Counted from the first letter of the stretch, positions 1 through 10,833 are shown. The stretch: DNA of 64,000 nucleotides from Gammaproteobacteria bacterium (GCA_965115835.1 OZ220471.1:71037-135036); one strand, 5' to 3'. Program-made: numbers and translations. Notes: a model not told the origin generated them from the sequence alone.

Positions 1-725
1 TGGCGCTTCCCGTGCTGGGTGAAATCGATCCCGGGGGGCCGGCGGCCCGGGCCGGTTTCATGCCCGGCGATCGGGTCGTGTCGGCTGGCGGAGAACGGAT
101 TGCCTCCTGGAGTCAATGGGTTGACTACGTTCGCGCGCGGCCCGGCGAGACGGCGCTCGTCAGCGTACAACGGGACGGTTATCCGCAGCGGTTGTATCTG
201 GAAATCGGCGTTTCCCCGAACCCGCCGCCGGAAAACGCTGCCGGATCCGCCCCTGCGGGCTTCGTGGGCGTGACGCTGTCGCCGGATGGGCGTTCCCCGC
301 TGTTCGTGACCCAGCGCTTCGGACCGCTTGCGTCGCTCACGCGCGGTGTTGCGGAAACCGGGCGCATCACCGGGCTGACGCTCCGCATGCTCGGCCGCAT
401 GCTCACCGGCGACATTTCCCTGCGAACGTTGAACGGACCGGTGGGCATTGCCCGCTATGCCGGCGAGGCTGTACAGGTGGGCGCGGTTGCCTTTGTCACG
501 TTTCTCGCGCTGGTGAGCGTGAGCCTGGGAATACTGAACCTGTTGCCGATACCGATTCTGGACGGCGGCCAGATCGTCGGCCAGACAATCGAGAAATTGC
601 GCGGTCGCCCGGTTGCGGAACGGACGCAGTGGGTGGTGCAGCGGGCGGGTCTGGCGCTGGTGCTGGTCATCATGTTTGTGGCGCTGTTCAACGACATCAG
701 CGGGTTCTTCCGCCCCGGAGGATGA
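1..725 (+). CDS. rseP: RIP zinc metalloprotease RseP, C-terminal part (5' end outside window)
   Basis: The frame is open to the window edge. It contains a PDZ-like segment (PGDRVVSAGGERIASWSQW) and the conserved C-terminal membrane motif LGILNLLPIPILDGGQIV. It sits directly upstream of bamA as in the canonical rseP-bamA-skp-lpxD cluster. Confidence 0.85.
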   Translation, partial: ALPVLGEIDPGGPAARAGFMPGDRVVSAGGERIASWSQWVDYVRARPGETALVSVQRDGYPQRLYLEIGVSPNPPPENAAGSAPAGFVGVTLSPDGRSPLFVTQRFGPLASLTRGVAETGRITGLTLRMLGRMLTGDISLRTLNGPVGIARYAGEAVQVGAVAFVTFLALVSVSLGILNLLPIPILDGGQIVGQTIEKLRGRPVAERTQWVVQRAGLALVLVIMFVALFNDISGFFRPGG

Positions 726-729
726 GCGC

Positions 730-3144
730 ATGAAGCGCAAACAGGCGCTGGCCGCCTTGTTGCTGCTCCTGGCCCTGCCGGCCAGCCGGGCGCTGGCTGC
801 TGCGGAGCCGGACTTTACGGTGCGCGACATACGCATCGAGGGCCTGCAGCGCATTTCCGAGGGCGCTGTCCTGAACTATCTGCCCGTGAATATCGGCGAC
901 GCCTTGGATGCCGCGAACATCCGGCAGTTGCTGCGGGGGCTGTACGGTTCGGGCTTTTTCGCCGACATCGAGTTGCGGCGGGACGGCGAGGCGCTGGTGG
1001 TGGCGGTTCGCGAGCAACCCACTATCGAGACCCTGCTGATCGAGGGCAACAAGGATGTCAAGACGGAGGATCTCACCAAGACGCTCACCGGCAACGGAAT
1101 CTCCCGGGGAAGTCTGGTCAAGCCGTCGGTTCTCGAAGAGGTGGAGCTGTCCCTGACCGACCTGTATTTCGGCCGCGGCAAGTATGGCGCCGAGGTCAAT
1201 GTGGACATCACCGAACTGCCCGACAACAAGGTGGATGTGGTCATCGACATCACCGAGGGCGACCGTTCGCGCATCCGCCAGATCAATATCGTGGGCAACG
1301 AGTTGTTCACCGACAAGGAGCTTCGCAAGGACTTCGAGTTGCAGACGCCCAACTGGTTGTCGTTCATCCGCCAGGACGACCGCTATTCGCGCGAGGCGCT
1401 CCAGGGAGACCTGGAGAAGCTGCGTTCGTACTACCTGGACCGCGGCTACGCCGATTTCGTTCTGGAATCCACCCAGGTGGCGCTCTCGCCGGACCTCGAG
1501 GATGTGTTCATTACCATCAACATTCGCGAGGGCAGCAACTACACCGTTTCGGAGGTCAGGCTGGCGGGCGATTTCGTGCTGGACGAGGCCGTGTTGAATC
1601 CGTACGTGCTGCTCAAGCCGGGTATGCGCTACTCGCAGCAACTGATTACCCAAAGCAGCGAGTTGATCCGGCTGCGTCTGGGCCGGGAGGGCTATGGCTT
1701 CGCCGAAATCACGCCCATACCCGAAATCGACGAGGAGGCCGGCGAGGTGGCCGTTACCCTGCTGATCAGCGCCGAGCGCCGCGTGTACGTGCGGCACATC
1801 GATTTCGACGGCGCCTCGTCGATAGACGACGAGGTTCTGCGCCGCGAGCTGCGCCAGTTCGAGGGCGCCTACCTGTCCAACGACCTGCTGGAACGCTCGA
1901 AGATCCGCTTGCAGCGGTTGCCGTACCTGGAGGAAGTGGACTTCGAGACCATCCGGGTCCCCGGAACGCAGGACCAGGTGGATGTGGTTTTCAGTCTCAC
2001 CGAGCGCCAGCCGGGCGAGTTCCAGGGGTCCGTGGGTTATTCGGGGTACTACAAGCTCCAGGTGAGCGGCAGCGCCGTGCACAGCAACCTGTTCGGCCGC
2101 GGCAATCGTCTGGCCATTGGCGTGACCGGCACCGGCTATTCCCGGCTCTACAACCTTTCCTACACGGATCCGTACGTCACCATGGACGGCATGAGCGTCA
2201 CCGGTTCGCTCACTTACCAGAACTACAGCCAGTTCTTCAGCTCCGGGTCGGACCTGGACACGACTACCGCTGCCGCTTCCGCCGAGGTGAGTTACCCCAT
2301 TACGGAATTGCAAAGCCTGATATTCGGCGCGACCCTGCAGCAGGCAGACCTCATTACCACGCAGTTCAGCAACGAGCAGTCGCGCCAGTGGGTGCAAGAC
2401 AACGGCAGGCCCTACAAGCGAGAGGCGCCGGGCACGGCCGGGAAGGAGCCGCAGGTGTACTACGGCTCGAAGTTCAGGAGCGTGGAATTGCTGCTGGGCT
2501 GGTTGTATGACAGCCGCAACCGGGTTCTCTTTCCCGACCGGGGCATGCGCCACCGCCTGTCGCTGTCCACCACCGTTCCGGGGGGCGATGTCGAGTATGC
2601 CAGCGCCCGCTACCAGTACACCCACTATCTGCCGTTTCCGGGATTGCGCTGGCTGGGCTTTCGTCTCAACGCCGATGTCGGCTTTTCCGAGGCCTTCGGC
2701 GACACTACCGCGGTTCCGCCCTACAAGCACTTCTACGCCGGGGGGCCGGATTCGGTGCGCGGCTTCAAGGAATACCGTCTTGGGCCCAAGGACCGGTTCG
2801 GCAATGCCTACGGCGGCAACCTGTTGGCTACCGGCCAGGTGGAGCTGATCCTGCCGCTGCCGGAACGGTTCCGGCAAAGCGCCCGTCTGGCGGCCTTTTT
2901 CGATGTGGGCAATGTGTTCTCCACATCCGATCTGGAGTTCTACGATCGCAAGGGCGATCCGTTGAATTACGACTTTGACGCAAGTAGACTCAAGCGCTCT
3001 GTCGGAATAGGCGCAGAATGGCTGGCGCCGCTGGGTCTTTTGCGATTCAGCTTTGCCGCGCCGCTCAACGCCGAGGCCGGTACCGACCGCTTTTGGGGAG
3101 ACGAGGTGGAACGCTTCCAGTTTTCGCTGGGCGGCGCCTTTTAG
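730..3144 (+). CDS. bamA: outer membrane protein assembly factor BamA
   Basis: ATG at 730 gives the signal peptide MKRKQALAALLLLLALPASRALA. POTRA-type repeats (FTVRDIRIEGLQRISEGAVLNYLPV...) are followed by an Omp85 barrel ending ...RFQFSLGGAF. The track start at 613 overlaps rseP and was not used. Confidence 0.95.
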   Translation: MKRKQALAALLLLLALPASRALAAAEPDFTVRDIRIEGLQRISEGAVLNYLPVNIGDALDAANIRQLLRGLYGSGFFADIELRRDGEALVVAVREQPTIETLLIEGNKDVKTEDLTKTLTGNGISRGSLVKPSVLEEVELSLTDLYFGRGKYGAEVNVDITELPDNKVDVVIDITEGDRSRIRQINIVGNELFTDKELRKDFELQTPNWLSFIRQDDRYSREALQGDLEKLRSYYLDRGYADFVLESTQVALSPDLEDVFITINIREGSNYTVSEVRLAGDFVLDEAVLNPYVLLKPGMRYSQQLITQSSELIRLRLGREGYGFAEITPIPEIDEEAGEVAVTLLISAERRVYVRHIDFDGASSIDDEVLRRELRQFEGAYLSNDLLERSKIRLQRLPYLEEVDFETIRVPGTQDQVDVVFSLTERQPGEFQGSVGYSGYYKLQVSGSAVHSNLFGRGNRLAIGVTGTGYSRLYNLSYTDPYVTMDGMSVTGSLTYQNYSQFFSSGSDLDTTTAAASAEVSYPITELQSLIFGATLQQADLITTQFSNEQSRQWVQDNGRPYKREAPGTAGKEPQVYYGSKFRSVELLLGWLYDSRNRVLFPDRGMRHRLSLSTTVPGGDVEYASARYQYTHYLPFPGLRWLGFRLNADVGFSEAFGDTTAVPPYKHFYAGGPDSVRGFKEYRLGPKDRFGNAYGGNLLATGQVELILPLPERFRQSARLAAFFDVGNVFSTSDLEFYDRKGDPLNYDFDASRLKRSVGIGAEWLAPLGLLRFSFAAPLNAEAGTDRFWGDEVERFQFSLGGAF

Positions 3145-3199
3145 AAGGATAATACTTGCCCCTGATTCCGCTTTGGAAACAAGAGGCCGTTCATACGCC

Positions 3200-3733
3200 A
3201 TGAATAATGCAAAGAAGCTACTCTTGGGCGCCGCCCTGGGCCTGTTTTTCGCCGGGGCGCTGCAGGCGCAGCAATCCGTTCTGAAGATCGGTTTCGTCAA
3301 TCTGGAGGCTCTCACCGTGGAGTCTCCCCAGGGACGCGAGACCAATGACAGGATCAGTGAAATGTTCGCCCCCCGGCAACGGGAGTTGAGCGCCAGACAG
3401 ACCCGCCTTGAGGAATTGACCGAAAGTTACGAGCGCGACAACGAGACCATGGGCACTGAGCAACTGCGCAGCGCCGAGCGGGAAATCATCGCCCTGCGGC
3501 GCGAGATCCAGCAGATGAATCAGGCCTTGCAGGAGGATTTCCAGTTGGAGCAGGACACCAGCCGGCGCGATCTGGGCGCCGTTTTCCTGTCTCACGTGAG
3601 GCAGGTGGCCGAAGAAAACGAGTATGACCTGATTCTGACCGGGGGTGTGGTGTACTTCAGCGACGCCGTGAACATCACGCCGCAGGTGCTGGGCGCTCTT
3701 CAGGAAACCTACAGCAGCGAGCAGCAAGACTGA
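3200..3733 (+). CDS. skp: periplasmic chaperone Skp (OmpH family)
   Basis: ATG at 3200 gives MNNAKKLLLGAALGLFFAGALQA (signal peptide) followed by a coiled-coil-rich OmpH-like sequence. The position between bamA and lpxD is canonical. Confidence 0.85.
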   Translation: MNNAKKLLLGAALGLFFAGALQAQQSVLKIGFVNLEALTVESPQGRETNDRISEMFAPRQRELSARQTRLEELTESYERDNETMGTEQLRSAEREIIALRREIQQMNQALQEDFQLEQDTSRRDLGAVFLSHVRQVAEENEYDLILTGGVVYFSDAVNITPQVLGALQETYSSEQQD

Positions 3734-3787
3734 TTTTCGCTGGTTGCACGGCGGCTGTGGGTGCGCGGCGGCTTTTGCGAGGTCGCG

Positions 3788-4828
3788 ATGGAACGGCGTT
3801 CGCAGCACGAGCAGGGGCTTACGCTTGACGAACTGGCAAGGCGTCACGATTGCGTCGTGCGCGGCGCGCCCGACACCAGGGTCTATCGCGTTGCGCCGCT
3901 GGGTCGCGCCGATTCCCGGTGCATCGCCTTTTTTCTTCAGCGCGCGCGCCTCGACGACCTTCGCGCCACCACGGCGGGCGCGGTGATCCTGAGTGAGCAA
4001 TATGCGGGGGAGTGCCCCGTGGCGTCTTTGCTTACGGCGGATCCCTACGGCGTGTTCGCCCGCGTGGCCGATGACCTGCACGGGCTTCTCCCGCTGGATC
4101 CTGGCATCCATCGCGACGCCACCGTATCGCGCGACGCCACCGTGGACCCAAGCAGTGAAATTGCTCCCGGGGCCCGCGTGGCTTCCGGCGCCGTGCTCCA
4201 GCGGGGCGTGTTCGTGGGTTCGAACGCTACGGTGGGCGCCGGCGCGCGGATCGGCGCAGGCACGCGGCTGCTTGCCAATGCGGTCATTTGCGAAGGCGTG
4301 GCCATTGGACGGCGCTGTATCGTCCATCCCGGCGCAGTGGTTGGGTCCGACGGCTTCGGGCAAGCGCCGGAGTCCGGCGGAGGCTGGCGCAAGATCCCGC
4401 AACTGGGCAGCGTGCGCGTGGGAGATGATGTGGAGATCGGCGCCAATACGGTCATCGACCGCGGCACAATGGACGATACCGTGGTGGGCAACGGCGTCCG
4501 CCTCGATAACCTGATACAGGTGGGGCATAACGCGCAGATCGGCGAGCACACGGCCATCGCGGGCTGTGTCGCGATTGCGGGCAGTACCCGGGTTGGCCGC
4601 AGGTGCCGCATTGCCGGTCAGGTTGGCATAGGCGGACACCTGGAGATCTGCGACGATGTGGTGCTGCTGGCGCGCACAGTTGTCAGCCGCTCGATTACCC
4701 GCCCCGGGGCCTATGCCGGTTCCCTGACCCCCATGGAAGAGGTTTCGAGCTGGCGGCGCAATGCCGCGCGATTCCGGCGTCTCGACGACTTGTTTCGCCG
4801 GGTCGGGCGGCTGGAGCAGGCCGAGTGA
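3788..4828 (+). CDS. lpxD: UDP-3-O-acylglucosamine N-acyltransferase LpxD
   Basis: It has an LpxD-type N-terminal domain ([10 protein letters not shown]...) and long left-handed beta-helix hexapeptide repeats ([19 protein letters not shown]...[10 protein letters not shown]...). The stop overlaps the lpxA start (GTGA at 4825-4828). Confidence 0.9.
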   Translation: MERRSQHEQGLTLDELARRHDCVVRGAPDTRVYRVAPLGRADSRCIAFFLQRARLDDLRATTAGAVILSEQYAGECPVASLLTADPYGVFARVADDLHGLLPLDPGIHRDATVSRDATVDPSSEIAPGARVASGAVLQRGVFVGSNATVGAGARIGAGTRLLANAVICEGVAIGRRCIVHPGAVVGSDGFGQAPESGGGWRKIPQLGSVRVGDDVEIGANTVIDRGTMDDTVVGNGVRLDNLIQVGHNAQIGEHTAIAGCVAIAGSTRVGRRCRIAGQVGIGGHLEICDDVVLLARTVVSRSITRPGAYAGSLTPMEEVSSWRRNAARFRRLDDLFRRVGRLEQAE

Positions 4829-5604
4829 CGAAAATTCACGCGACCGCGATTGTCTCCCCGCGCGCCAGCCTGGAATCGGACGTGGAGGTGGGACCCTATG
4901 CGGTCATTGGCGCCGATGTGGAAATTGGCGAGGACTGCCGGATCGGCTCGCATGCCGTGGTGGAGGGACCCGCCAGCATGGGCGCTCGCAACGTCATCCA
5001 TCCGCACGCCGTCATCGGGCGCGACCCGCAGGATCGCAAGTATCGCCCGGGCGAGTCGAGCCGCCTTCATATCGGCCACGACAACACGATCCGCGAGTTC
5101 GTGACCATCAATCGCGGCACCGAACAGGGAGGCGGAGTGACGCGCGTGGGGAACGGGTGCTGGCTGATGGCCAGTGTGCATATCGCCCACGATTGCATCC
5201 TCGGCGACGATGTGGTCATGGCCAATTACGCCAGCCTGGCGGGCCATGCGCGCATCGGCAACCACGCCACGATGGCGGGATTCTCCGGCGTCCATCAGTT
5301 CTGTCGCATCGGCGACTACAGTTTCATCGGAATCTATGCGGGCATTACCCGCGACGTTCCGCCGTACGTTCTGGCAGCAGGACAGCCGCCGAAGCCGCGC
5401 GGCCCGAATGTTGTCGGACTGCGGCGTCACGGCTTCAGCGCCGGGCAGCGGGCCAATATCGAACGCGCGTACAGAACGCTGTACCGAAGAGAGCTGAGCC
5501 GGGCCGATGCCACACAGGCGATTGCCGAGGCGGCGCGGGAGCAGCCCGAACTGGTGTTGCTCGCCGATTTTCTTGCCGAGCCCGGGCGCGGCCTCTTGCG
5601 TTGA
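4825..5604 (+). CDS. lpxA: acyl-ACP--UDP-N-acetylglucosamine O-acyltransferase LpxA
   Basis: GTG at 4825 gives [48 protein letters not shown]..., typical LpxA hexapeptide repeats plus a C-terminal helical domain. The upstream part of the track ORF (4603-4824) overlaps lpxD and was not used. Confidence 0.9.
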   Translation: MTKIHATAIVSPRASLESDVEVGPYAVIGADVEIGEDCRIGSHAVVEGPASMGARNVIHPHAVIGRDPQDRKYRPGESSRLHIGHDNTIREFVTINRGTEQGGGVTRVGNGCWLMASVHIAHDCILGDDVVMANYASLAGHARIGNHATMAGFSGVHQFCRIGDYSFIGIYAGITRDVPPYVLAAGQPPKPRGPNVVGLRRHGFSAGQRANIERAYRTLYRRELSRADATQAIAEAAREQPELVLLADFLAEPGRGLLR

Positions 5605-6746
5605 GCGCGCCCGACCGGCCCCTGCGCATCGCGGTGGTTGCCGGCGAAGCCTCCGGCGACCGGCTGGGCGCTGCACTGATTCGCGCCCTTTCCGCCGGCC
5701 CTCGGGCGGTGGAAGTGGCTGGCGCGGCCGGCCCCGAGATGCGCGAAGCGGGTTGCAGGCCCCTTGTGGACGCATCCGGGTTCTCGGTCATGGGTCTGGC
5801 GGAAATCGTTCGCCATCTGCCGGGGCTGTGGAGGCTTCGCCGCAGGCTCCTCGGCCAGTTGGCCGGTTTTCGCCCCGATGTGTTTGTGGGTATCGACTCC
5901 CCGGAACTCAACCTTGGCCTGGCGGCTCGCATGAAGCGGCGCGGCATACCCACCGTGCAGTACGTCTGCCCTTCGATATGGGCCTGGCGCGCAGGCCGCG
6001 CGCGGCGTATCCGGCGATGCTGCAACGCCGTTCTTTGCCTGCTGCCGTTCGAACCCGGCCTGCTGGCAAAGCGGGGGATCCGGGGCGAGTTTGTGGGCCA
6101 TCCCATGGCCGACGGGCCACGGGTCGCAACCCGCCGGGAGCGTCCCGGAGGCGATCCACTCCTGGTGGCCTTGCTGCCCGGCTCGCGGAGTTCGGAAATT
6201 TTGCGCATCGGTCCGCCGGTCGCACGGGCGGCGGCGTGGCTGGCCTGCCGCCGCCCGGGAGTTCGCTTTGCCTCGGTTGCCGCAACTCCCCGGGGACATC
6301 ACGAGTTTTCCTCGCTACTGCGGCGATTTGCGCCCGGAGTTCGTGTGCAGTGGGCGCCGGGAAGCGCACGCGAGCTGTTGGCGCAGGCCGACCTCGCCGT
6401 GGCGGCGTCGGGCACGGTTACGATGGAGGCCATGCTGTGTGGATGTCCCCTGGTGGTTGCGTACCGGGTTGCGCCCCTGACGGCTCTGATCGTACGGGCG
6501 TTGCGGTTGGTGAAGACCCCGTGGGTTGCGTTGCCCAACATCCTCGCCGGCCGGGAACTGGCGCCCGAATTGCTGCAGTGCCGCGCCCGCGGCGAGTTGC
6601 TGGGTGCGGCGCTGTTGCGCCTGCATGACGACCCTCTGGCGCGCGACACGATCCGGGCCCAGTTCACCCGACTGTCGGAATCGCTGGGTCGCGGCGCCAG
6701 CGAACGGGCGGCGAGAGTGGTCGTGGACCTCGCCCGGCCTTCCTGA
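5601..6746 (+). CDS. lpxB: lipid-A-disaccharide synthase LpxB
   Basis: Only the last ~381 codons of the 661-aa track ORF are used. TTG at 5601 overlaps the lpxA stop (TTGA). LRIAVVAGEASGDRLGAALIRAL and the following sequence match the LpxB N-terminus. Confidence 0.85.
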   Translation: MSAPDRPLRIAVVAGEASGDRLGAALIRALSAGPRAVEVAGAAGPEMREAGCRPLVDASGFSVMGLAEIVRHLPGLWRLRRRLLGQLAGFRPDVFVGIDSPELNLGLAARMKRRGIPTVQYVCPSIWAWRAGRARRIRRCCNAVLCLLPFEPGLLAKRGIRGEFVGHPMADGPRVATRRERPGGDPLLVALLPGSRSSEILRIGPPVARAAAWLACRRPGVRFASVAATPRGHHEFSSLLRRFAPGVRVQWAPGSARELLAQADLAVAASGTVTMEAMLCGCPLVVAYRVAPLTALIVRALRLVKTPWVALPNILAGRELAPELLQCRARGELLGAALLRLHDDPLARDTIRAQFTRLSESLGRGASERAARVVVDLARPS

Positions 6747-6749
6747 AAC

Positions 6750-7337
6750 GTGGAAGGATTGTTTGCCGGAGTGGACGAAGCGGGCCGGGGCGCTCTGGCG
6801 GGACCGGTGGTTGCGGCGGCCGTGGTGTTGCCTGCCGCTGTGGCCGTGGCGGGCGTACGCGATTCGAAACGGCTGACTGCGAGGCGTCGCGCCGTACTCG
6901 AGGGCCGGATCCGCGCGGAGTGTCTGGCCTGGGCGGTGGGGTTGGCCACGGTGGAGGAGATCGATCGACTCGACATCCTGCGCGCGAGCCTGCTGGCGAT
7001 GCGCCGGGCGGTATCCGGGTTGTGCCTGCGTCCCGCGCTGGTGCGCGTGGACGGACCCCATCTGCCCGAATTGCCGCGCGGCTGGCCGGATCGGGTGCAA
7101 CGCGAAGCGGTCGTGGGCGGCGATTGCTGCTGCCCCGCAATTGCGGCTGCTTCCGTGCTTGCCAAGGTGTGGCGGGATCGCGCAATGCGGCGGCTGGACC
7201 TGAAGTGGCCGGGCTATCTGTTCGCACAGCACAAGGGCTATGGGACGCCGGCGCACCGCTCGGCTCTGCGGCGACTGGGGGCCAGCCCGGCGCACCGCCC
7301 GAGTTTCCGCCCGGTGCGGAGTTGTCGTGAGGGTTGA
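6750..7337 (+). CDS. rnhB: ribonuclease HII
   Basis: The catalytic N-terminus GVDEAGRGALAGPVVAAAVVL is present, and the downstream DSKRLT and HKGYGT motifs are typical of RNase HII. Confidence 0.9.
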   Translation: MEGLFAGVDEAGRGALAGPVVAAAVVLPAAVAVAGVRDSKRLTARRRAVLEGRIRAECLAWAVGLATVEEIDRLDILRASLLAMRRAVSGLCLRPALVRVDGPHLPELPRGWPDRVQREAVVGGDCCCPAIAAASVLAKVWRDRAMRRLDLKWPGYLFAQHKGYGTPAHRSALRRLGASPAHRPSFRPVRSCREG

Positions 7338-10300
7338 TGCCGCCGTGGAGTCGGCCGGGTTCGTTCATCTGCGCCTGCACTCGGAGTTCTCCCTGGTGGA
7401 TTCCGTGCTGCGCATCAGCGACCGTAACGGCGGTTTCTGCCGCGCGGTTCGCGAACGGGGGATGCCGGCCGTGGCAATGACGGACCGGAACAACATGTTC
7501 GGCGCGGTGCGTTTCTATCGCGCCGCGCTGAGCGCCGGCGTCAAGCCCATACTCGGCGCCGACTTCGACCTCGCCCCGGACGCGGCGGACAGCGCCCCGG
7601 GGCGGCTCACGCTCCTTTGCCGGGATACCGGCGGCTACCGGAACCTCATACGTATTCTGTCGAAAATGCACCTGCGCATGGAGGCTCGCGAGACGCCCCG
7701 GCTGCATCTGCAGTGGCTGACGGGAGAGGCGCTCAAGGGCCTGATCGGGCTGCTGGCGCTGACCAGCCCGGCCGGCAGCGGCCCGCAGGCGCGCGCCGAA
7801 CAGGAACGGGTACTGGCGCTTCGCCGTTCACTGGGCGAATGCCTGTTTCTCGAGGTAAGCCGACTGGGTCGCCCGGGCGAGTCCGCAATCATGCAGCGCA
7901 CGGTCGAGATGGCGGCTGCCGAGGGAATGCCCCTGGTAGCGGTCAACGATGTGCGCTTTCTGGACAGAAGCGAATATACGGCGCACGAAGCCCGGGTATG
8001 CATTCCCAGGGGCGAGACGCTGGACGACCCGAATCGCACCAGCCTGTACACGGCGCAGCAATACCTGAGAACGCCCGGCGAAATGGCCGAGTTGTTCGCC
8101 GACCTCCCCGAAGCGCTCGGCAACACGGTGGCCATTGCGCGGGCCTGCAACGTGGAACTGAGCCTGGGACGGGCGCGGCTGCCGAAGGCGCGGGTTCCCG
8201 AGGGCGTGGAGGAAAACGACTTTCTTCGCTCGGAAGCGCGCAAGGGTCTGGCGCTTCGCCTGGGTATCGAAGTCGCCGGCGACCGCAAGCCCGCACTGCC
8301 CGACAAGTACCGGAAACGCTTGCGGTCCGAGCTGGAAGTGGTGGAGCGAATGGATTATCCGGGCTACTTCCTGATCGTTGCCGACATCGTGCGCTGGGCG
8401 CGCGAGAACGGTGTGCCGGTGGGCCCGGGCCGGGGGTCGGCGGCCGGTTCGCTCATCAGTTACGCCCTGGGCATCACCACGATCGATCCCCTGCGCTACG
8501 GGCTGATCTTCGAGCGCTTCCTGAATCCCGAGCGGATTTCCATGCCCGACATCGACATCGACTTTTGCGCCGAGAAGCGGGAGCAGGTGCTGGAACATGT
8601 GGCCCGGGAATACGGCCAGGATCGTGTTGCCCAGATCATCACCTTCAACCGTCTGGCGGCGCGCGCGGCGATCAAGGATGCGACCCGGGTGCTGGGTCAT
8701 CCCCTCGGGCTGGGGGAGCAGATCGCGGGGCTGATCCCGCCCTTGCCGGTGGGCGTGACCATAGAGCAGGCAATGAATGACGACCGGGAACTGCGCCACA
8801 AGTACAACACCGATACGGAGGCGCGCGAGGTGATCGACATGGCGCTGCAACTGGAGGGGTTGCCGCGCAACGCCAGCACCCACGCAGGCGGCGTGGTGAT
8901 TGCGCCTTCCGATCTGGAGCAATTCACGCCGCTGTACCGTCAGGACCGTGATGCGCCCACGGTTACCCAGTTCGACAAGGACGACATCGAGTCGGTGGGT
9001 CTGGTGAAATTCGATTTCCTGGCGCTGAACGACCTTACCACCATCACCCGCACCGTGGACGAGATCAATCGCAACCGCACGCGGCGCGGAGAACCTCGCA
9101 TCCACATCGACGCCATTCCGCTTGACGACCCCAAGGTGTTCGAGCTGCTGCGCAGCCTGCGTACGCGGGCCGTGTTTCAGCTGGAATCCAGGGGTATGCG
9201 CGACCTCATTCGCGAACTCGGCCCCGACCGCTTCAGCGACATGATCGCGCTGGTGGCGCTGTTCCGTCCGGGACCGCTGCAGACCGGGATGGCGGATGCC
9301 TACATCAAGCGCAAGCACGGCCGGGAATCCGTGGACTACCTGCATGAAGACCTGCGCGAGCTGCTCGGCGAGACCTACGGGGTTATCCTCTATCAGGAAC
9401 AGGTCATGGAGATCGCCCGGCTGGTGGCGGGCTACAGTTTCGCCCAGGCCGATGTGCTGCGCCGGGCGATGGGCAAGAAACTCAAGGAAGAGATGGCGGA
9501 TCAGCGTTCGGTTTTCGTCAAGGGGGCGCTGGAGCACGGCCTGACGCGGGAGAAGGCCGGGCACATCTTCAACCTGATGGAAACCTTTGCCGGATACGGC
9601 TTCAACAAGTCGCACTCCACCGCCTACGCTACGGTCGCCTACCAGACGGCCTGGCTGAAGGCGCGCTACCCGGCGCAGTACATGGCCTCCGCCATGACCA
9701 CCGACATGAGTGCGCACGACCGCCTTTACTGGATGACGCAGGAGTGTCTGGCGCTTGGCATTGCCGTGCTGTCCCCGGACGTGAATCACTCGGAGGTGGG
9801 GTTCATGGCCGTGGACGACAAGAATATCCGCTGCGGGCTGGGCGCCATACGCGGCCTGGGGCAGGGCGTGGCCAGGACTCTCGTCGCCGAGCGCCAGTCC
9901 GCAGGAAAGTTCACTGCGCTCGCCGACTTTTTTGCCCGCACCAGCGGCGCCGGCCTGAACCAGCGGCAAGCCGAGACGCTGGTGCGGTCGGGCGCCCTGG
10001 ACAGCCTTTGTGGCAATCGCGCGGCGGTAATGCGGGTGTTGCCCATCGCCCTGGCCGCCGCGGCCCAGGCAGCCCGGGACGCCGAGTGCGGACAAGAGGG
10101 CCTGTTTGAAGATCCCGGCGGCCGCCCGGTGCACATCGAGGTTCCCGATGCGCCCGAATGGAGCCCGCGCGAACTCCTGGACGGAGAGCGCCGCAGCCTG
10201 GGTTTCTGCCTCAGCGGTCACCCCTTCGACGAGTGCAGGAGCGAGGCAGTCCAACTGGCGGGAGGCAGTCTGCGCGAGATCCTTAATGGCGCCCGCCCGG

Positions 10301-10833
10301 GAACGCTGGAGGGAAACGATGCCCCAACGGTTACGCTTGCGGGCAGCGTATTGAGAAAGTGGCGCAGGGGGGGCGCCAACTTCTTCGACCTGGACGATGG
10401 CGAGGCGCGCCTGCCGGTGCGCTTGCCCCGCTGGGACTCGGGAGCGCCGCGGCAAGGCTCCAGGCTCATTACCCCGCATTCGCTTGTCCTGGTTCGAGGC
10501 CGCCTGATACGCCTGCCGCGCGGTTCGCTGAACCTGTACGCGGACTCGGTCGAATCGCTCGACGAGCTGCTGGAACAGCGCGCCCGCGAGTTGTTGCTGA
10601 GTTGTGCGCCGGGCCGCAAACCGGGGGAGCTGTTCGCGCAATTGCAGCAGTTGCTGGAGGGCCACACTCCCGGGAACGCCCGGGTCATCATCCAGTATTC
10701 GGGCGCCGTTGCGACCGGTCGGCTTCGCCTGGGATCCGGATGGAGCGTCCGCGCAACGGAGTCGCTGCGGCACGCCCTGCGGCAATCGCCGGCCGTGCGG
10801 AAGTTCGAATTTCGCTACGCGCGACAGCCTTGA
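7327..10833 (+). CDS. dnaE: DNA polymerase III alpha subunit
   Basis: GTG at 7327 overlaps the rnhB end. The PHP domain start is FVHLRLHSEFSLVDS. The polymerase core carries motifs such as GPGRGSAAGSLISYALGIT and PDIDIDF, with an OB-fold C-terminus. Length is ~1168 aa. Confidence 0.95.
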   Translation: MRVDAAVESAGFVHLRLHSEFSLVDSVLRISDRNGGFCRAVRERGMPAVAMTDRNNMFGAVRFYRAALSAGVKPILGADFDLAPDAADSAPGRLTLLCRDTGGYRNLIRILSKMHLRMEARETPRLHLQWLTGEALKGLIGLLALTSPAGSGPQARAEQERVLALRRSLGECLFLEVSRLGRPGESAIMQRTVEMAAAEGMPLVAVNDVRFLDRSEYTAHEARVCIPRGETLDDPNRTSLYTAQQYLRTPGEMAELFADLPEALGNTVAIARACNVELSLGRARLPKARVPEGVEENDFLRSEARKGLALRLGIEVAGDRKPALPDKYRKRLRSELEVVERMDYPGYFLIVADIVRWARENGVPVGPGRGSAAGSLISYALGITTIDPLRYGLIFERFLNPERISMPDIDIDFCAEKREQVLEHVAREYGQDRVAQIITFNRLAARAAIKDATRVLGHPLGLGEQIAGLIPPLPVGVTIEQAMNDDRELRHKYNTDTEAREVIDMALQLEGLPRNASTHAGGVVIAPSDLEQFTPLYRQDRDAPTVTQFDKDDIESVGLVKFDFLALNDLTTITRTVDEINRNRTRRGEPRIHIDAIPLDDPKVFELLRSLRTRAVFQLESRGMRDLIRELGPDRFSDMIALVALFRPGPLQTGMADAYIKRKHGRESVDYLHEDLRELLGETYGVILYQEQVMEIARLVAGYSFAQADVLRRAMGKKLKEEMADQRSVFVKGALEHGLTREKAGHIFNLMETFAGYGFNKSHSTAYATVAYQTAWLKARYPAQYMASAMTTDMSAHDRLYWMTQECLALGIAVLSPDVNHSEVGFMAVDDKNIRCGLGAIRGLGQGVARTLVAERQSAGKFTALADFFARTSGAGLNQRQAETLVRSGALDSLCGNRAAVMRVLPIALAAAAQAARDAECGQEGLFEDPGGRPVHIEVPDAPEWSPRELLDGERRSLGFCLSGHPFDECRSEAVQLAGGSLREILNGARPGTLEGNDAPTVTLAGSVLRKWRRGGANFFDLDDGEARLPVRLPRWDSGAPRQGSRLITPHSLVLVRGRLIRLPRGSLNLYADSVESLDELLEQRARELLLSCAPGRKPGELFAQLQQLLEGHTPGNARVIIQYSGAVATGRLRLGSGWSVRATESLRHALRQSPAVRKFEFRYARQP

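Noticed and set aside
697-3345. 882-aa ORF antisense to bamA
   Set aside because: It is fully embedded opposite a gene with unmistakable BamA homology. The translation is Arg/Ala/Gly/Pro-rich low-complexity sequence typical of antisense frames in GC-rich DNA.
4761-5600. N-terminal 280 codons of the 661-aa track ORF that ends as lpxB
   Set aside because: This part overlaps lpxA out of frame and has no LpxB similarity. LpxB homology begins at LRIAVVAGEASGD just after 5601.
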